A stretch of 63,549 bases of DNA, filler included, from Parasitella parasitica NRRL 2501 (GCA_025201805.1; 5 parts of 5 records of this genome joined end to end with filler, not necessarily neighbours in it); one strand, 5' to 3'; positions 27,006 through 38,347 are shown, counted from the first letter of the whole stretch. The notes: generated by a model not told the origin, from the sequence alone. Program-made: numbers and translations.

Positions 27006-28086
27006 GAAGCTTTGCCTTTTGTCGTTGTTTTTGCTTTTTTTTTTTTCGTTTGCTTGTGTTTGCTGAATGAATGGAAGAGACGAAGCGATATACATATTAC
27101 AAATGCACGAAACTTTTTATAGCAATAATATTTTTCAATGTTGCACTGGCTTTCTAAGCGGTCACGAGAAATGTTCATGAAATGCATGCATTTCATGAAA
27201 TCAGAGCAAGACGATAACCACATATAAATCTATACCCAGAGAATAAGAGGGCTAATATAGCAAGGGAAGCAATATCGCTTAGATACAACGAAAAAAAAAA
27301 AATACCAGGACAAGGTCAAGTATTGTGGAGATGAACTTGCCATACCAGCCGTAATTGCATGGCTTAAAGTGGTGGCCCAATACACGCTTAGTAGAAGCAT
27401 AGAAACTTGATAAACCCCTTTTGTACATGCTTTACAAATTATTTTGTAATCATAGACTAAACTAAAAAGTGGAAGCTGGGGATCGACCATATGTCTCATG
27501 CGCTTTTATAGTGCATACTGTAAAAAAAAAAAAAAAAAAAAGAGGTAGCACGTCAAATAAAAAAGGTGTTTAGTTTACAGGTAGACAATATGCCTTTTCA
27601 TATTCTAATTCAAGTTATTAAAGGTGATTTTATATCGCTGTACAATATGTCGAGCATGAGACGTTCTGGCATCATAGCCATCCTAGACGACACTACAATT
27701 TACTTGATTCAATAATATTTACTCTTCAAGAATACAAAGATTTTGCATGTATGGTAGGAGCATAGACTAGGCATCATGAGCATAAATACTCCTTTCAAAT
27801 ATGGTGGTGAATGGAGCGGTCTATCAGAAAAGCTGCATAGTGATACTCTGTAGTCAGTTTTACCCGACCTGGAAACGATCGTGATGATAGTCTATACTGG
27901 CTCTACGGTAACCCAAGACCAAAAGAATCACCACAGATCTGAAAACAAACAACAAACAAACAATTTCAAATTTCGTAAAACGTGCAGCGAAATGCTGTTT
28001 GGTGCTACTAGAATCGCAAAATTTCCTTATAAAGTACTCATATCACAGGCTTTCGTATTTCGTTTCAATCTTGCCTTTCACGACAG

Positions 28087-28141
28087 TACACCTTTTGCCA
28101 AAATGATGTCGCAAAAAAAAAATTTAAGGTGTCGCACTTTT
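28087..28141. mobile_element. DNA-transposon terminus, copy 1 (cut by gap)
   Basis: TACACCTTTTGCCAAAATGATGTCGC... identical to the sequence from 57315 onward; homology begins abruptly at TA. Confidence 0.7.
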
Positions 28142-28532
28142 NNNNNNNNNNNNNNNNNNNNNNNNNNNNNNNNNNNNNNNNNNNNTTAATTAATTAANNN
28201 NNNNNNNNNNNNNNNNNNNNNNNNNNNNNNNNNNNNNNNNNAGCTTTTTACAGATAAATCATGTTAATTTATTGAAAGCGATAAAATCTTAGCGTTGGTG
28301 TTTGTGTAAACGCTGCCAGCCATTTTTTCAAATTATGGAAGCAATTTTTTTGGGAGATTTTTGAAAAAAAAATCAAAATTCAGGGTGTTTGTAAAGAAAA
28401 GTCAAAATATTCTTTGCTTTGCGATAAAAACTGATTTTCACCAGCTTAATTTTAACAGTGGCGATCACTCAAGCTGTAAAGCTAAATTTCATCTCTACTA
28501 TTTAAAATTTATCCCAAAATTTCGCCATGGTG

Positions 28533-28905
28533 TGCGCTACTGTCTTGAGTCTTGAATGCAGCAAATACTTGCGCTGTTGTCTTGAGTGTGCCAAGTTCTT
28601 GAGCCAATATGTTCGGTGCAGCAAAGCCTTGCGCTGCTATCTTGAGTGTGGCAAGTTCTTGAGCCACTGTCTTGAGTGCAGCTTATTATTACGCTGCTAT
28701 CTTGAGTCTTGAGTCTTGAGTCTTGAGTCTTGAGTGTAGCAAATTCTTGAGCCACTATCTTGATTGCAGCAATAATCTTGAGCCGCTGTCTTGAATGCAG
28801 CTTATTCTTGTGCTGCTATCTTGTGTGTGGGAAGTTCTTGCACCACTGTTTTGAATTTGGAGCCTTGAGTGCAGCATAATTATTGTGCTGCGGCCTTGAG
28901 TGTAG
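28533..28905. repeat. Degenerate tandem repeat of about 29-30 bp with an embedded (TCTTGAG)n run
   Basis: Recurring GCTGCTATCTTGAGTG / AAGTTCTTGAGCCAC units and about five TCTTGAG 7-mers at about 28699-28735. Confidence 0.85.
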
Positions 28906-30268
28906 TAGAAGCTGTTTTCTAAGGTAAAGAGGTAGTTAGTGATTTGGTTGAATACATGCAAAATATGTATACATCTTATTGTTATCAATACCAGGGGATT
29001 TCACCGCGGGCGTCAGTAGAGCTATGTCCTGAGAGCAGTTATTGTCTAATGTCGAGAAGTAGTCATCGTCATATTTGGTACGTAAAATTGTGAATTTGCG
29101 CTTAAAATCTTGTCAATCTAGTCTTTCAAAAAGAGCAGAACGAAGCCATCGAAACTTTAGCTTCTCTAAAGAAATATTGTTTTTACAGTAAGTATCTTGT
29201 CATACAAATATACATATACGTTATGTGCAGGTAAACAAGGTAATTGGATCATAACAACCAAGTGTTGCTAGTAAAAATTTTAATTTGAAGAAGCAATGAA
29301 AATTAGCATTAGGACGCGTAGAAGTGCTGCTATATAAACGTGACGACTTTCCATTTCCAATATCATTCATGGCCTGTCATTTATTGTAAAGAACTAGTTT
29401 TGTTTCCTTATCAAGTCACAAAACATTACGAATTGACAAAACACTATGTAATGATAAAATGCTATGTATTGAAAAAACAGAAAAATGTCCCTGTAACTAT
29501 GATTGTTTCTTGCCTTGCTGGTTGAAGCAGCTCTCTCGGTATTTGCAACCATTACGGCTGAGATAGTATGCGCATTACTACCAAGTGATCATACCACTAA
29601 AGCCTTAGATATTTTGCACAGTGAATATGGTTAAAAATACATTTATATGCACAATGTGCATAATATAAAAACAGCTCATGTGCTTATTGTTAAGCTTGTG
29701 GAATCGGTATAAATTGTTATATGGAGTCACGGAAAAAAATTATAATAAAAAAACAATAAAGTCAACTTGATAAGGTATAGGTTTTATTATCAAATCGACA
29801 GGTGTATAAAGCTCTCGTTCATCTACTGGCCAGGTAGATGAACCTTTATATACTTAAACTGTGGATAAATGTTCTACTCTCGCAATTTAACATGTACGAC
29901 AATACTGCGTAACTAGCATCTTAACTTTGTGCTAACCTACATATCAGCAGTCTCAAGATAACTTAAATATATTTGAGTCAGGAGATAGACTTTACCCGAG
30001 GNNNNNNNNNNNNNNNNNNNNNNNNNNNNNNNNNNNNNNNNNNNNNNNNNNNNNNNNNNNNNNNNNNNNNNNNNNNNNNNNNNNNNNNNNNNNNNNNNNN
30101 NNNNNNNNNNNNNNNNNNNNNNNNNNNNNNNNNNNNNNNNNNNNNNNNNTAATGGTGCCATCTCTAGCTTATATCTTATATAGTATAAATCTGTATTGCA
30201 CATCTTATTATCTGTGCGCATATGTAGTTTATATCAATTTAAGGTAACTGGATGAATCTAGTAGTGGA

Positions 30269-30823
30269 ATGCAGATCATCATGGTGAATGTATTTCACAA
30301 CTTTGCTTATTTTCCACTACAAGTTGCTTACAAAATTATCGACATGTTAATTGAACAATCATCGCCAACTATTTTGAGCTTCTTGCTACAAGTTAAAGGC
30401 CCTTGTGACCCTTATATCTGGCACTTCTTAGGGCGTACTTTGTCACCTAGACTTTGGTTCGATGTCGCAATAATTTATAACATCAGTATTTTATGGAAAA
30501 GTAAACGCCTTCCGCATTTTAGTTTCGTAGATGCAAACTTTGGACAGGACAATTCGGAATCAACTGTCAGGCTATCAATAAATAGAGGTACTATGTGGGT
30601 AATTACCGACCATGACATGCATCACAGTGCAGATATCGTGTATGAAGACATTATGGGAGATAGAGGCTTATATATTCCTGAAAATAATCGTGTAGCTTTC
30701 TTGCCGCTGGACGAATACACTTACTTTACGTACGATGATGCGAAAGAAAATATGAATATATTATTAGAGCAATCTGAAAAATTTCATAGTAATAAATTTC
30801 TTCTTAAGAAGCTAGAAACTTGA
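30269..30823 (+). CDS. Orphan intronless protein (copy 1)
   Basis: 184-aa open ORF in AT-rich DNA, duplicated at 31785-32261; N-terminus weakly F-box-like (FAYFPLQVAYKIIDML). Confidence 0.6.
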   Translation: MQIIMVNVFHNFAYFPLQVAYKIIDMLIEQSSPTILSFLLQVKGPCDPYIWHFLGRTLSPRLWFDVAIIYNISILWKSKRLPHFSFVDANFGQDNSESTVRLSINRGTMWVITDHDMHHSADIVYEDIMGDRGLYIPENNRVAFLPLDEYTYFTYDDAKENMNILLEQSEKFHSNKFLLKKLET

Positions 30824-31784
30824 TTTCTATTGCAAAAACAATTACCTACTAAATCAAAATTTCTCCAAGCGTTTCTTATAGTCTCAATTAATATATTCTT
30901 GTTTTTATCCCCTCTGATCCGAACAATGAATAAACTTACAGCCGAATTATGTATTTATTGATTAGGTTTTTTTTATAACCATATTAGATATTTTTTCCGT
31001 TNNNNNNNNNNNNNNNNNNNNNNNNNNNNNNNNNNNNNNNNNNNNNNNNNNNNNNNNNNNNNNNNNNNNNNNNNNNNNNNNNNNNNNNNNNNNNNNNNNN
31101 NNNNNNNNNNNNNNNNNNNNNNNNNNNNNNNNNNNNNNNNNNNNNNNNNNNNNNNNNNNNNNNNNNNNNNNNNNNNNNNNNNNNNNNNNNNNNNNNNNNN
31201 NNNNNNNNNNNNNNNNNNNNNNNNNNNNNNNNNNNNNNNNNNNNNNNNNNNNNNNNNNNNNNNNNNNNNNNNNNNNNNNNNNNNNNNNNNNNNNNNNNNN
31301 NNNNNNNNNNNNNNNNNNNNNNNNNNNNNNNNNNNNNNNNNNNNNNNNNNNNNNNNNNNNNNNNNNNNNNNNNNNNNNNNNNNNNNNNNNNNNNNNNNNN
31401 NNNNNNNNNNNNNNNNNNNNNNNNNNNNNNNNNNNNNNNNNNNNNNNNNNNNNNNNNNNNNNNNNNNNNNNNNNNNNNNNNNNNNNNNNNNNNNNNNNNN
31501 NNNNNNNNNNNNNNNNNNNNNNNNNNNNNNNNNNNNNNNNNNNNNNNNNNNNNNNNNNNNNNNNNNNNNNNNNNNNNNNNNNNNNNNNNNNNNNNNNNNN
31601 NNNNNNNNNNNNNNNNNNNNNNNNNNNNNNNNNNNNNNNNNNNNNNNNNNNNNNNNNNNNNNNNNNNNNNNNNNNNNNNNNNNNNNNNNNNNNNNNNNNN
31701 NNNNNNNNNNNNNNNNNNNNNNNNNNNNNNNNNNNNNNNNNNNNNNNNNNNNNNNNNNNNNNNNNNNNNNNCAAAATTATCGAC

Positions 31785-32261
31785 ATGTTAATTGAACAAT
31801 CATCGCCAACTATTTTGAGCTTCTTGCTACAAGTTAAAGGCCCTTGTGACCCTTATATCTGGCACTTAGGGCGTACTTTGTCACCTAGACTTTGGTTCGA
31901 TGTCGCAATAATTTATAACATCAGTATTTTATGGAAAAGTAAACGCCTTCCGCATTTTAGTTTCGTAGATGCAAACTTTGGACAGGACAATTCGGAATCA
32001 ACTGTCAGGCTATCAATAAATAGAGGTACTATGTGGGTAATTACCGACCATGACATGCATCACAGTGCAGATATCGTGTATGAAGACATTATGGGAGATA
32101 GAGGCTTATATATTCCTGAAAATAATCGTGTAGCTTTCTTGCCGCTGGACGAATACACTTACTTTACGTACGATGATGCGAAAGAAAATATGAATATATT
32201 ATTAGAGCAATCTGAAAAATTTCATAGTAATAAATTTCTTCTTAAGAAGCTAGAAACTTGA
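31785..32261 (+). CDS. Orphan protein (copy 2, 5' end in gap)
   Basis: Near-identical to copy 1 with a 3-bp deletion (WHFLG vs WHLG). Confidence 0.55.
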   Translation: MLIEQSSPTILSFLLQVKGPCDPYIWHLGRTLSPRLWFDVAIIYNISILWKSKRLPHFSFVDANFGQDNSESTVRLSINRGTMWVITDHDMHHSADIVYEDIMGDRGLYIPENNRVAFLPLDEYTYFTYDDAKENMNILLEQSEKFHSNKFLLKKLET

Positions 32262-32399
32262 TTTCTATTGCAAAAACAATTACCTACTAAATCAAAATTT
32301 CTCCAAGCGTTTCTTATAGTCTCAATTAATATATTCTTGTTTTTATCCCCTCTGATCCGAACAATGAATAAACTTACAGCCGAATTACGTATTTATTGA

Positions 32400-32837
32400 T
32401 TAGGTTTTTTTTATAACCATATTAGATATTTTTTCCGTTATTTTGCATATCAAATAATCTGGCTCTGTCGCATTTGTCTCTCGAAAAGATTGAATGTATC
32501 TGTGTGCTGTAGAAAGGGAGAAGTTGTTTGCCGCAGCTGCTTCGCGATAAGTCATTTTGCTAACAAAATAGTCATGATATAGACACTCCAAAGAATCCTT
32601 TGTAATTTTCTTATACCGACCACGTCTACCTTCTCTGTGGAGATTTGCTTTTAAAATTTCTTTATCACAACGCCCACAACGATTCTTCTTAGGCTTTTGA
32701 ATTGTTTTTACCTTGGCTTCTTCAAGGGCCTTGCTGTAAAGTTCTGTGAAGTTTGATGGAAGCTCTTCATCAGATAAAACTTCTTTCAGTCCTTTCAAGT
32801 AATCCAACATATTATTGAATTTTTTTATTTTCTTCAT
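32400..32837 (-). CDS. Small HTH protein, Tc1/IS630-transposase-type DNA-binding domain
   Basis: GRRGRYKKIT...SKMTYREAAAANNFSLSTAHRYIQ plus a CxxC motif; the 3' end is also duplicated at 30962-31001. Confidence 0.7.
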   Translation of the reverse strand: MKKIKKFNNMLDYLKGLKEVLSDEELPSNFTELYSKALEEAKVKTIQKPKKNRCGRCDKEILKANLHREGRRGRYKKITKDSLECLYHDYFVSKMTYREAAAANNFSLSTAHRYIQSFRETNATEPDYLICKITEKISNMVIKKT

Positions 32838-33105
32838 TATAAGAAATTAATAAACAAGCAATGTTTTTACCATCGCTCAAAATCAGGGCAAAAAATTAAT
32901 CGATATCTCCTAAAAGCAGCTTGATTTTTGCTGAAAGGAGTTCGATAGCAGAAATTTGGTTTGCTCTGAAAACATATTGGTCTTCGGACTGGGTAGCTGA
33001 TCCGTTACTGTTCTAATATGTTTAAGGAATTTTGAGATACGACGGATTTTCATCGATATTTCAAGAGTTTATTTGATTTGAAAAGACATATTAAAAGGTA
33101 CTTAT

Positions 33106-33438
33106 TTATGGTCTATTATTATAAACAGCTTTTCTAACCATTCTAACGTAGCTTGAGCCAGTGCTAGAGTTGATTCCACTAAGCCTTGATGCTCTAGCAG
33201 CTGGCACGCCTTGCACCAAAGTCATGTACAGCAAAAGTCTAATTTTATCCACGCTATACTTGCGCCGACAATTTCCATTGAAGATGATCTTCAAAGACTT
33301 TTCTAAAAGAATGCGCTCTGGGCGAACTAGCATGCTGTAGATATAAAACATCTTCAGTTTATTAAGGACAAAAGTGCAGTTTTCGAGCATCTTGAAGTTA
33401 TTTTGTATTGATAAAAATAATAACAGGAACTTTTTCAT
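33106..33438 (-). CDS. Small HTH protein, same HTH class
   Basis: RRKYSVDKIRLLLYMTLVQGVPAARASRLSGINSSTGSSYVR; true start may be an internal Met. Confidence 0.6.
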   Translation of the reverse strand: MKKFLLLFLSIQNNFKMLENCTFVLNKLKMFYIYSMLVRPERILLEKSLKIIFNGNCRRKYSVDKIRLLLYMTLVQGVPAARASRLSGINSSTGSSYVRMVRKAVYNNRP

Positions 33439-33675
33439 TGACTTTATTTAAATAATCAAGTATCGAAATCCACATTAAGTAGGTTGCTGTCTCAATTACT
33501 GTATAAACTATAGAGAGAAAAATAATTATGCAAGTTAGATAATACTAAAACATGTCTAGAAAAAATAAGCTTTTGATGGCATAAAACATGAAATAAACTA
33601 TTTTATATAAAAAGAAGAAAACGTCGCTTTGAAAACTTCACTTTCTTTCATCTTACATCTTACATCTATATCAAA

Positions 33676-35203
33676 ATGGTTCAAATCACTTTTTCTTCAA
33701 TTAATAAGCTTGAAGTCGCTGTCATCCCTGGGCCTTCAAGAGAGACGAGCAAGCCCCAAGAGGTACTTATCAAGCATGCTGGGATCTCCCCATTCAGGAT
33801 CCCAGATTTTGCATTTGCTTACGATCACTTCGTAACCTATGAATTGGCAACAGTTTACGAACGAGAGACTGTGGTCGTTTCACCTTTTACTCCCATTGTT
33901 CCTGCTGGTGGTGCTGGTGCTGTATTTGCCGTTACTAACGCTGTTGATGGAGCTGCTACTGGTTCCAACCAAGACACACTGGCCAAAGACTTGGAAGTTG
34001 CCTCAAACCTTGGAACTTCTGTAGAATCCCCTGCTGACGTCGCTATGAATATCTTCTTTCCAGAAGGTAAAAGACCCAAAATGGAGGACAAAAAAGTTCT
34101 CATTAAAGAGCTTTTTACTCTCGTTTTCAATGAAAAACTCTCAGATACTGATGCTTGCAAAAAGCTTGACATCAAGTACACTACAGGTAACGTTTTTTGG
34201 AATAAATTGAGACGTATTTTAACTAACTTGCATGTTTATAGGCAATAGATGGTGCCGAGAAGTTCGCAGCGTCATGAAGGCGAGAAACATTGTCTTAAAC
34301 CAGCCAACTGTATACTCGGCTCAGGAGCAAAAAATTATTCAAGAGAGGTCTGAGAGCATCGTGGTTTCTCAAATAAAAGGCAAGTCTGAGAAAAGGCCCA
34401 AAGAAGACCAGCAAGCCGCTCCCTCCACTGGTCATTTCGAAAGAAAAATTTTCTTTCAACATCATCAGTTCCTTAGCGTTTTTTTTACCAAGGACGAAAT
34501 GGCTAAGGTGAAAGTGGCCATGGAAGCCTTGAACAATGCTTTCGGCATTGGTGCCGCATTGTCAACGGTGCACGCCCATCTGAAAAAGAACTGCAATCTT
34601 ATTATCAAGAGGATAGGCTCACCACCAGCATTAATGGATTTTGAATACGCCGTCAACACCAAGCTTCTTCCGGAATATTTGGTGGTGACGGCCGCTTCTT
34701 TTTATATGTACCAAAGAGAAAGGTTTGGGTGGAGTGGCCCAGCAAGCAAGTCCCCGAAGCGCTTTTTGGTCAATGAGGGCGGCATTATGTTCACGGTGTT
34801 TGCTGCCTTTTCCGGGGACGGTATCTTAAAGGTAGCGCTCAAAACGCATTTGAAGAAGGGTAGAAAGTCGATCAACGTCTACCTCCAATTTTTGGGTGAA
34901 CTACTTGTCTCACTGGAGAAGACTCAGGTCAATTTGGTGCTTGACAGCAACTTTCATAAGCAGCTCGCATCAGGCGACCAAGAGATGCTGGTAAACGATG
35001 GCCACAACTTTGTGGAGATCTTGAGCAATGACCCCAGCCTTCGACAGTTTTGGGCTGGTTTCACCAGCAATATCCCTCGTTCCTGCTTGACTGCCGAAAG
35101 CACCTTTGCCGACCGGCTGAATGGAGCAGCAAAAGTTACAGGAAGCGCTTATTGTGGTGAGTTGGTGAAAGATCTACAGAAGAGGATTGGGGAAATATTG
35201 TAA
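33676..35203 (+). CDS. Tc1/IS630-like transposase derivative, 490 aa, catalytic triad degenerate; intron 34187-34241
   Basis: HTH EKLSDTDACKKLDIKYTTGNRW, second HTH LSTVHAHLKKNCNL, LVVTAASF...RFGWS (canonical VFIDES), FTVFAAFS.DG, NLVLDSNFH, DPSLRQFWA (canonical SPELNPIEQFWS); TATA-like sequence at about 33604. Confidence 0.8.
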
Positions 35204-35524
35204 TGTGCCGTCTTTTCTTCTCCTTTTTTTATGCCATTTTTTTTATGCCCCTTTTTCATTTGCTTAATATCTAACTCTATGATTTTTTCTTTTACTTTGA
35301 CAACTTTATGTATAATACTTTATCGAAAAACACTTCACAGTTTGAAACATGTTATGAAAAGAAGTGAAAAATAAAATAAGATTAAATCTAATTTCTTCGC
35401 TGTTATCGAAACATCGTAATGCTGCTATTTTTACAAATTTGATGTTGTTTTCTACAAAGGTAAGAATGAATCATTCTTGAGGGCTAAAATTGGGTTCTCC
35501 TTAATAGAACTTCCTTCCAATCGG

Positions 35525-35895
35525 AAGACTTGTCTAATTTATTTGAAATCCTGTCCAAGTAACTTGAAGAACAGTCCAAACTACGTGAAATTCTGTCCAA
35601 ATATCCTGAAGTTCAGTCCAATAAATGTGAACAATACAGTATCATAACTAAAAAAAATATTTTTAGAAATAAAATATCTATTTCCTCCAATTAAAATTGA
35701 GAAATCGTCCAAAATAGTTTCCATATAAGGATTGTACCACTTAATGATACTGAAATCCACTTAACAATACTGAAATCCACTTAACAATACTGAAAATCTA
35801 CTGGTATTAGAAATTAAAAAAAGACAAACAAAGTTAATAATACTGAAATCCGGAAAATGAACCAATGTGATAGCTCTAACTTTTCAGTATTATTA
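35525..35895. repeat. Two short tandem arrays: about 21-bp TGAA...GTCCAA units and 20-bp CCACTTAACAATACTGAAAT units
   Basis: About five GTCCAA-type units at 35528-35630; three 20-bp units at 35737-35795, another AATACTGAAATCC at about 35838 and an inverted TTTCAGTATT at about 35882. Confidence 0.8.
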
Positions 35896-36325
35896 AATCA
35901 AAAAAAGTATAAATGCTGAGCAGTCTGTAAACTATCTACAAGTTACTTTTAACTTCTTATTTATCTATCAATATTAACTATGCAACCAATTTTACCAGCT
36001 ACTCAACGGAAGATGCGTCTTATTAAGCGTGATTCTCCTGAATCTAGCTCGGAATCAGAACAAGTGCCTGAATCTACCTTTTTGCCAATTGAGAAGGTGG
36101 TTCGCACCGAAGAAAGTGGATCTTCGGTTCAAAAAGCTCGCCGTGGTCGTCCTAAGAAGGCTCGTGTCGAAATGGTCCCTTTGGAATCCTCTCAAAGTGA
36201 AGCCACTAGTGCTGCTCCTTCTGCCATTATTCCTACTAATACAGGTGCTTCCCAGCAAGTTGATGAAGTTGTTCTTGCACTTCAAGACATTTTGAAGAAC
36301 AAGCGCCANNNNNNNNNNATTAACT

Positions 36326-36703
36326 ATGCAACCAATTTTACCAGCTACTCAACGGAAGATGCGTCTTATTAAGCGTGATTCTCCTGAATCTAGCTCGGAA
36401 TCAGAACAAGTGCCTGAATCTACCTTTTTGCCAATTGAGAAGGTGGTTCGCACCGAAGAAAGTGGATCTTCGGTTCAAAAAGCTCGCCGTGGTCGTCCTA
36501 AGAAGGCTCGTGTCGAAATGGTCCCTTTGGAATCCTCTCAAAGTGAAGCCACTAGTGCTGCTCCTTCTGCCATTATTCCTACTAATACAGGTGCTTCCCA
36601 GCAAGTTGATGAAGTTGTTCTTGCACTTCAAGACATTTTGAAGAACAAGCGCCAAGTACCGAATTGGCTTATCGAATGCCTTTGGCTGTTTGGAAGGTAT
36701 TGA
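36326..36703 (+). CDS. Small AT-hook protein (partial duplicate at 35980-36308)
   Basis: ARRGRPKKAR AT-hook in a low-complexity 125-aa ORF; TATAAAT at about 35908. Confidence 0.7.
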   Translation: MQPILPATQRKMRLIKRDSPESSSESEQVPESTFLPIEKVVRTEESGSSVQKARRGRPKKARVEMVPLESSQSEATSAAPSAIIPTNTGASQQVDEVVLALQDILKNKRQVPNWLIECLWLFGRY

Positions 36704-36757
36704 CATAATGAGTTTTGTTGGTGTACTTTTTCAAAAATAACCACTAAATTTTATATA

Positions 36758-36922
36758 CAGTAGCCGCTCGATTTAAGGCTGTTCGATATAAGGCTATTCA
36801 CGATATAAGGCTAAAATTCTTGAGAAATTTTTTTTTAAGCAGGGAGTTAGCCTTATTAGCCTTATTCGATATAAGGCTGAAAATTTTCGAAATTTTAGCC
36901 TTATTTTACAGTAAATTGACGG
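36758..36922. mobile_element. Short pogo/Tc1-like non-autonomous element (MITE-like)
   Basis: TA|CAGTAGCCGCTCGAT left end, ...GACGG|TA right end, multiple direct and inverted TAAGGCT/AGCCTTA motifs. Confidence 0.55.
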
Positions 36923-37174
36923 TATTTAAATTTGGGTTGTGTTGGAAACTGAGCATTATGCATACAGATTTCGTACTTTGGCTCGATAGTGAGACGCTCT
37001 CTTGATTGTTGATTAATGCTCATAGTATAATTGTTTGCCAAAATATGATGCTTTTTTAAAAATAAAGAAGTAAATGGATTAGACTGGACGTGTGTCAAAT
37101 TAATCTAATAGCTGTAGTACGGTATCAACTATACATGTGACTGTTTTAAAAGTAATAAGCTTCTTCGCTCTTGT

Positions 37175-38347
37175 GTGCAAAACTCTCTCGGGCCAAGTAA
37201 GCTTTCTAAAATGCTAAGAGAATTTCACCACCTTCGTCACGATGAGTGCGAGATGAAATACTTGGATTCGTTGTCCACTTTTGTTGAAAGACAAGAAAAA
37301 TCCGGATTTGGTGATACAAATCAATACAAGAATGTCCAATTTTCGACTTTTGAAGACAAAGACAAGTATGCTGACTCCGTTCCATCAGGAGGGTACCTCA
37401 CATACGTATATTGTTCAATGATTCAAGATGCGAGGCCCCTAATGAACCAAATGATTTCCTTGTTAGATGGTGTTGTCTTGAAGGCCGACCACTCATTCAA
37501 GATTATCGATCATATTGCAAAGTTGAACGAAATGCCAATATTCACTGCTCTATATACGGTCTGTAACGAATACGAAGAAATAAGGTGCCAATCCCTTGTG
37601 GCAACCAAGCATCATAAAGTCATCTAAATTCAATTTACGCTGGGTTGGTTGCTTCGTACAAGTATTATGGGCATCAATTACTAAAATTTGTTTTCACAGA
37701 CAACGTTGATGGTGACCAGGCATTTTTAGAATCCATGATTCCAACTTTGAAAGACAACGTTACTCACATTGCAAGAAATAATGTTAATTCGACGCTTTCA
37801 ACTGATCCTACACTTACCACTACTATTAGCCATTCAGACGCAATAAATGAAGATATTGAGATATCTCCAAGCTCTGCAGCTTCAACACTTTCAACAAGCA
37901 TCTCAACTAGCACCGCAAGGTTGCAAGAATACATGTTGCCTGAAGATGTGCGGGTCCACGTTTTGGAAACTATTACTGATATTGATGCTACCATCAACGA
38001 TCTTTTGCGACTAACTCTCAATAGCAGAATTTTTGTTGGTTTTGATTGTGAGTGGTATTTCAACCGAAGTCCGTATATTGTTGGCCCTGTGTCTTTGATC
38101 CAAGTTGCTCATGGAAAATGCGTATGGTTATTGAGACTTAGTCAAATACCAAGGAACAAGTTTCCTAAATCTCTCAAGCTATTCTTGGAGTCTAACAAGG
38201 TTGTAAAAATGGGAAGAAACGTTTCTTCTGATCTAAAGAAGATTGAAAAAGACTACGACTTTGTTGAAGGTAGTCTTCAAGGATCACTTGATTTAGCTTC
38301 TTATTGCAAAAGTAAAGGGGTTATTCGCAGGGCTACTGTGAGCCTTG
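37175..38347 (+). pseudogene. MULE-like DDE transposase fragment with a WRN-type DEDD 3'-5' exonuclease domain
   Basis: LKADHSFK, LYTVCNEYEEIR, FVFTDN; stop at 37627; then VGFDCEW...VSLIQVA...LKLFLES..VVKMG..VSSDLKKI; runs into a gap. Confidence 0.7.

Noticed and set aside
28186-28197. TTAATTAATTAA inside N runs (also at about 57729, 59967 and 61889)
   Set aside because: Artificial contig linker with stop codons; not biological. Adjacency across these linkers is uncertain.
28533-28905. CRISPR-like array
   Set aside because: Degenerate contiguous repeats with no unique spacers, eukaryotic context and no cas genes.
28990-29030. Helitron 3' hairpin
   Set aside because: GC-rich patch lacks a clean stem and terminal CTAG, and no Rep/helicase ORF is visible.
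35970-36654. Tandem duplication of the AT-hook gene
   Set aside because: The copies look identical and are separated by a 10-N gap, typical of an unmerged contig overlap.
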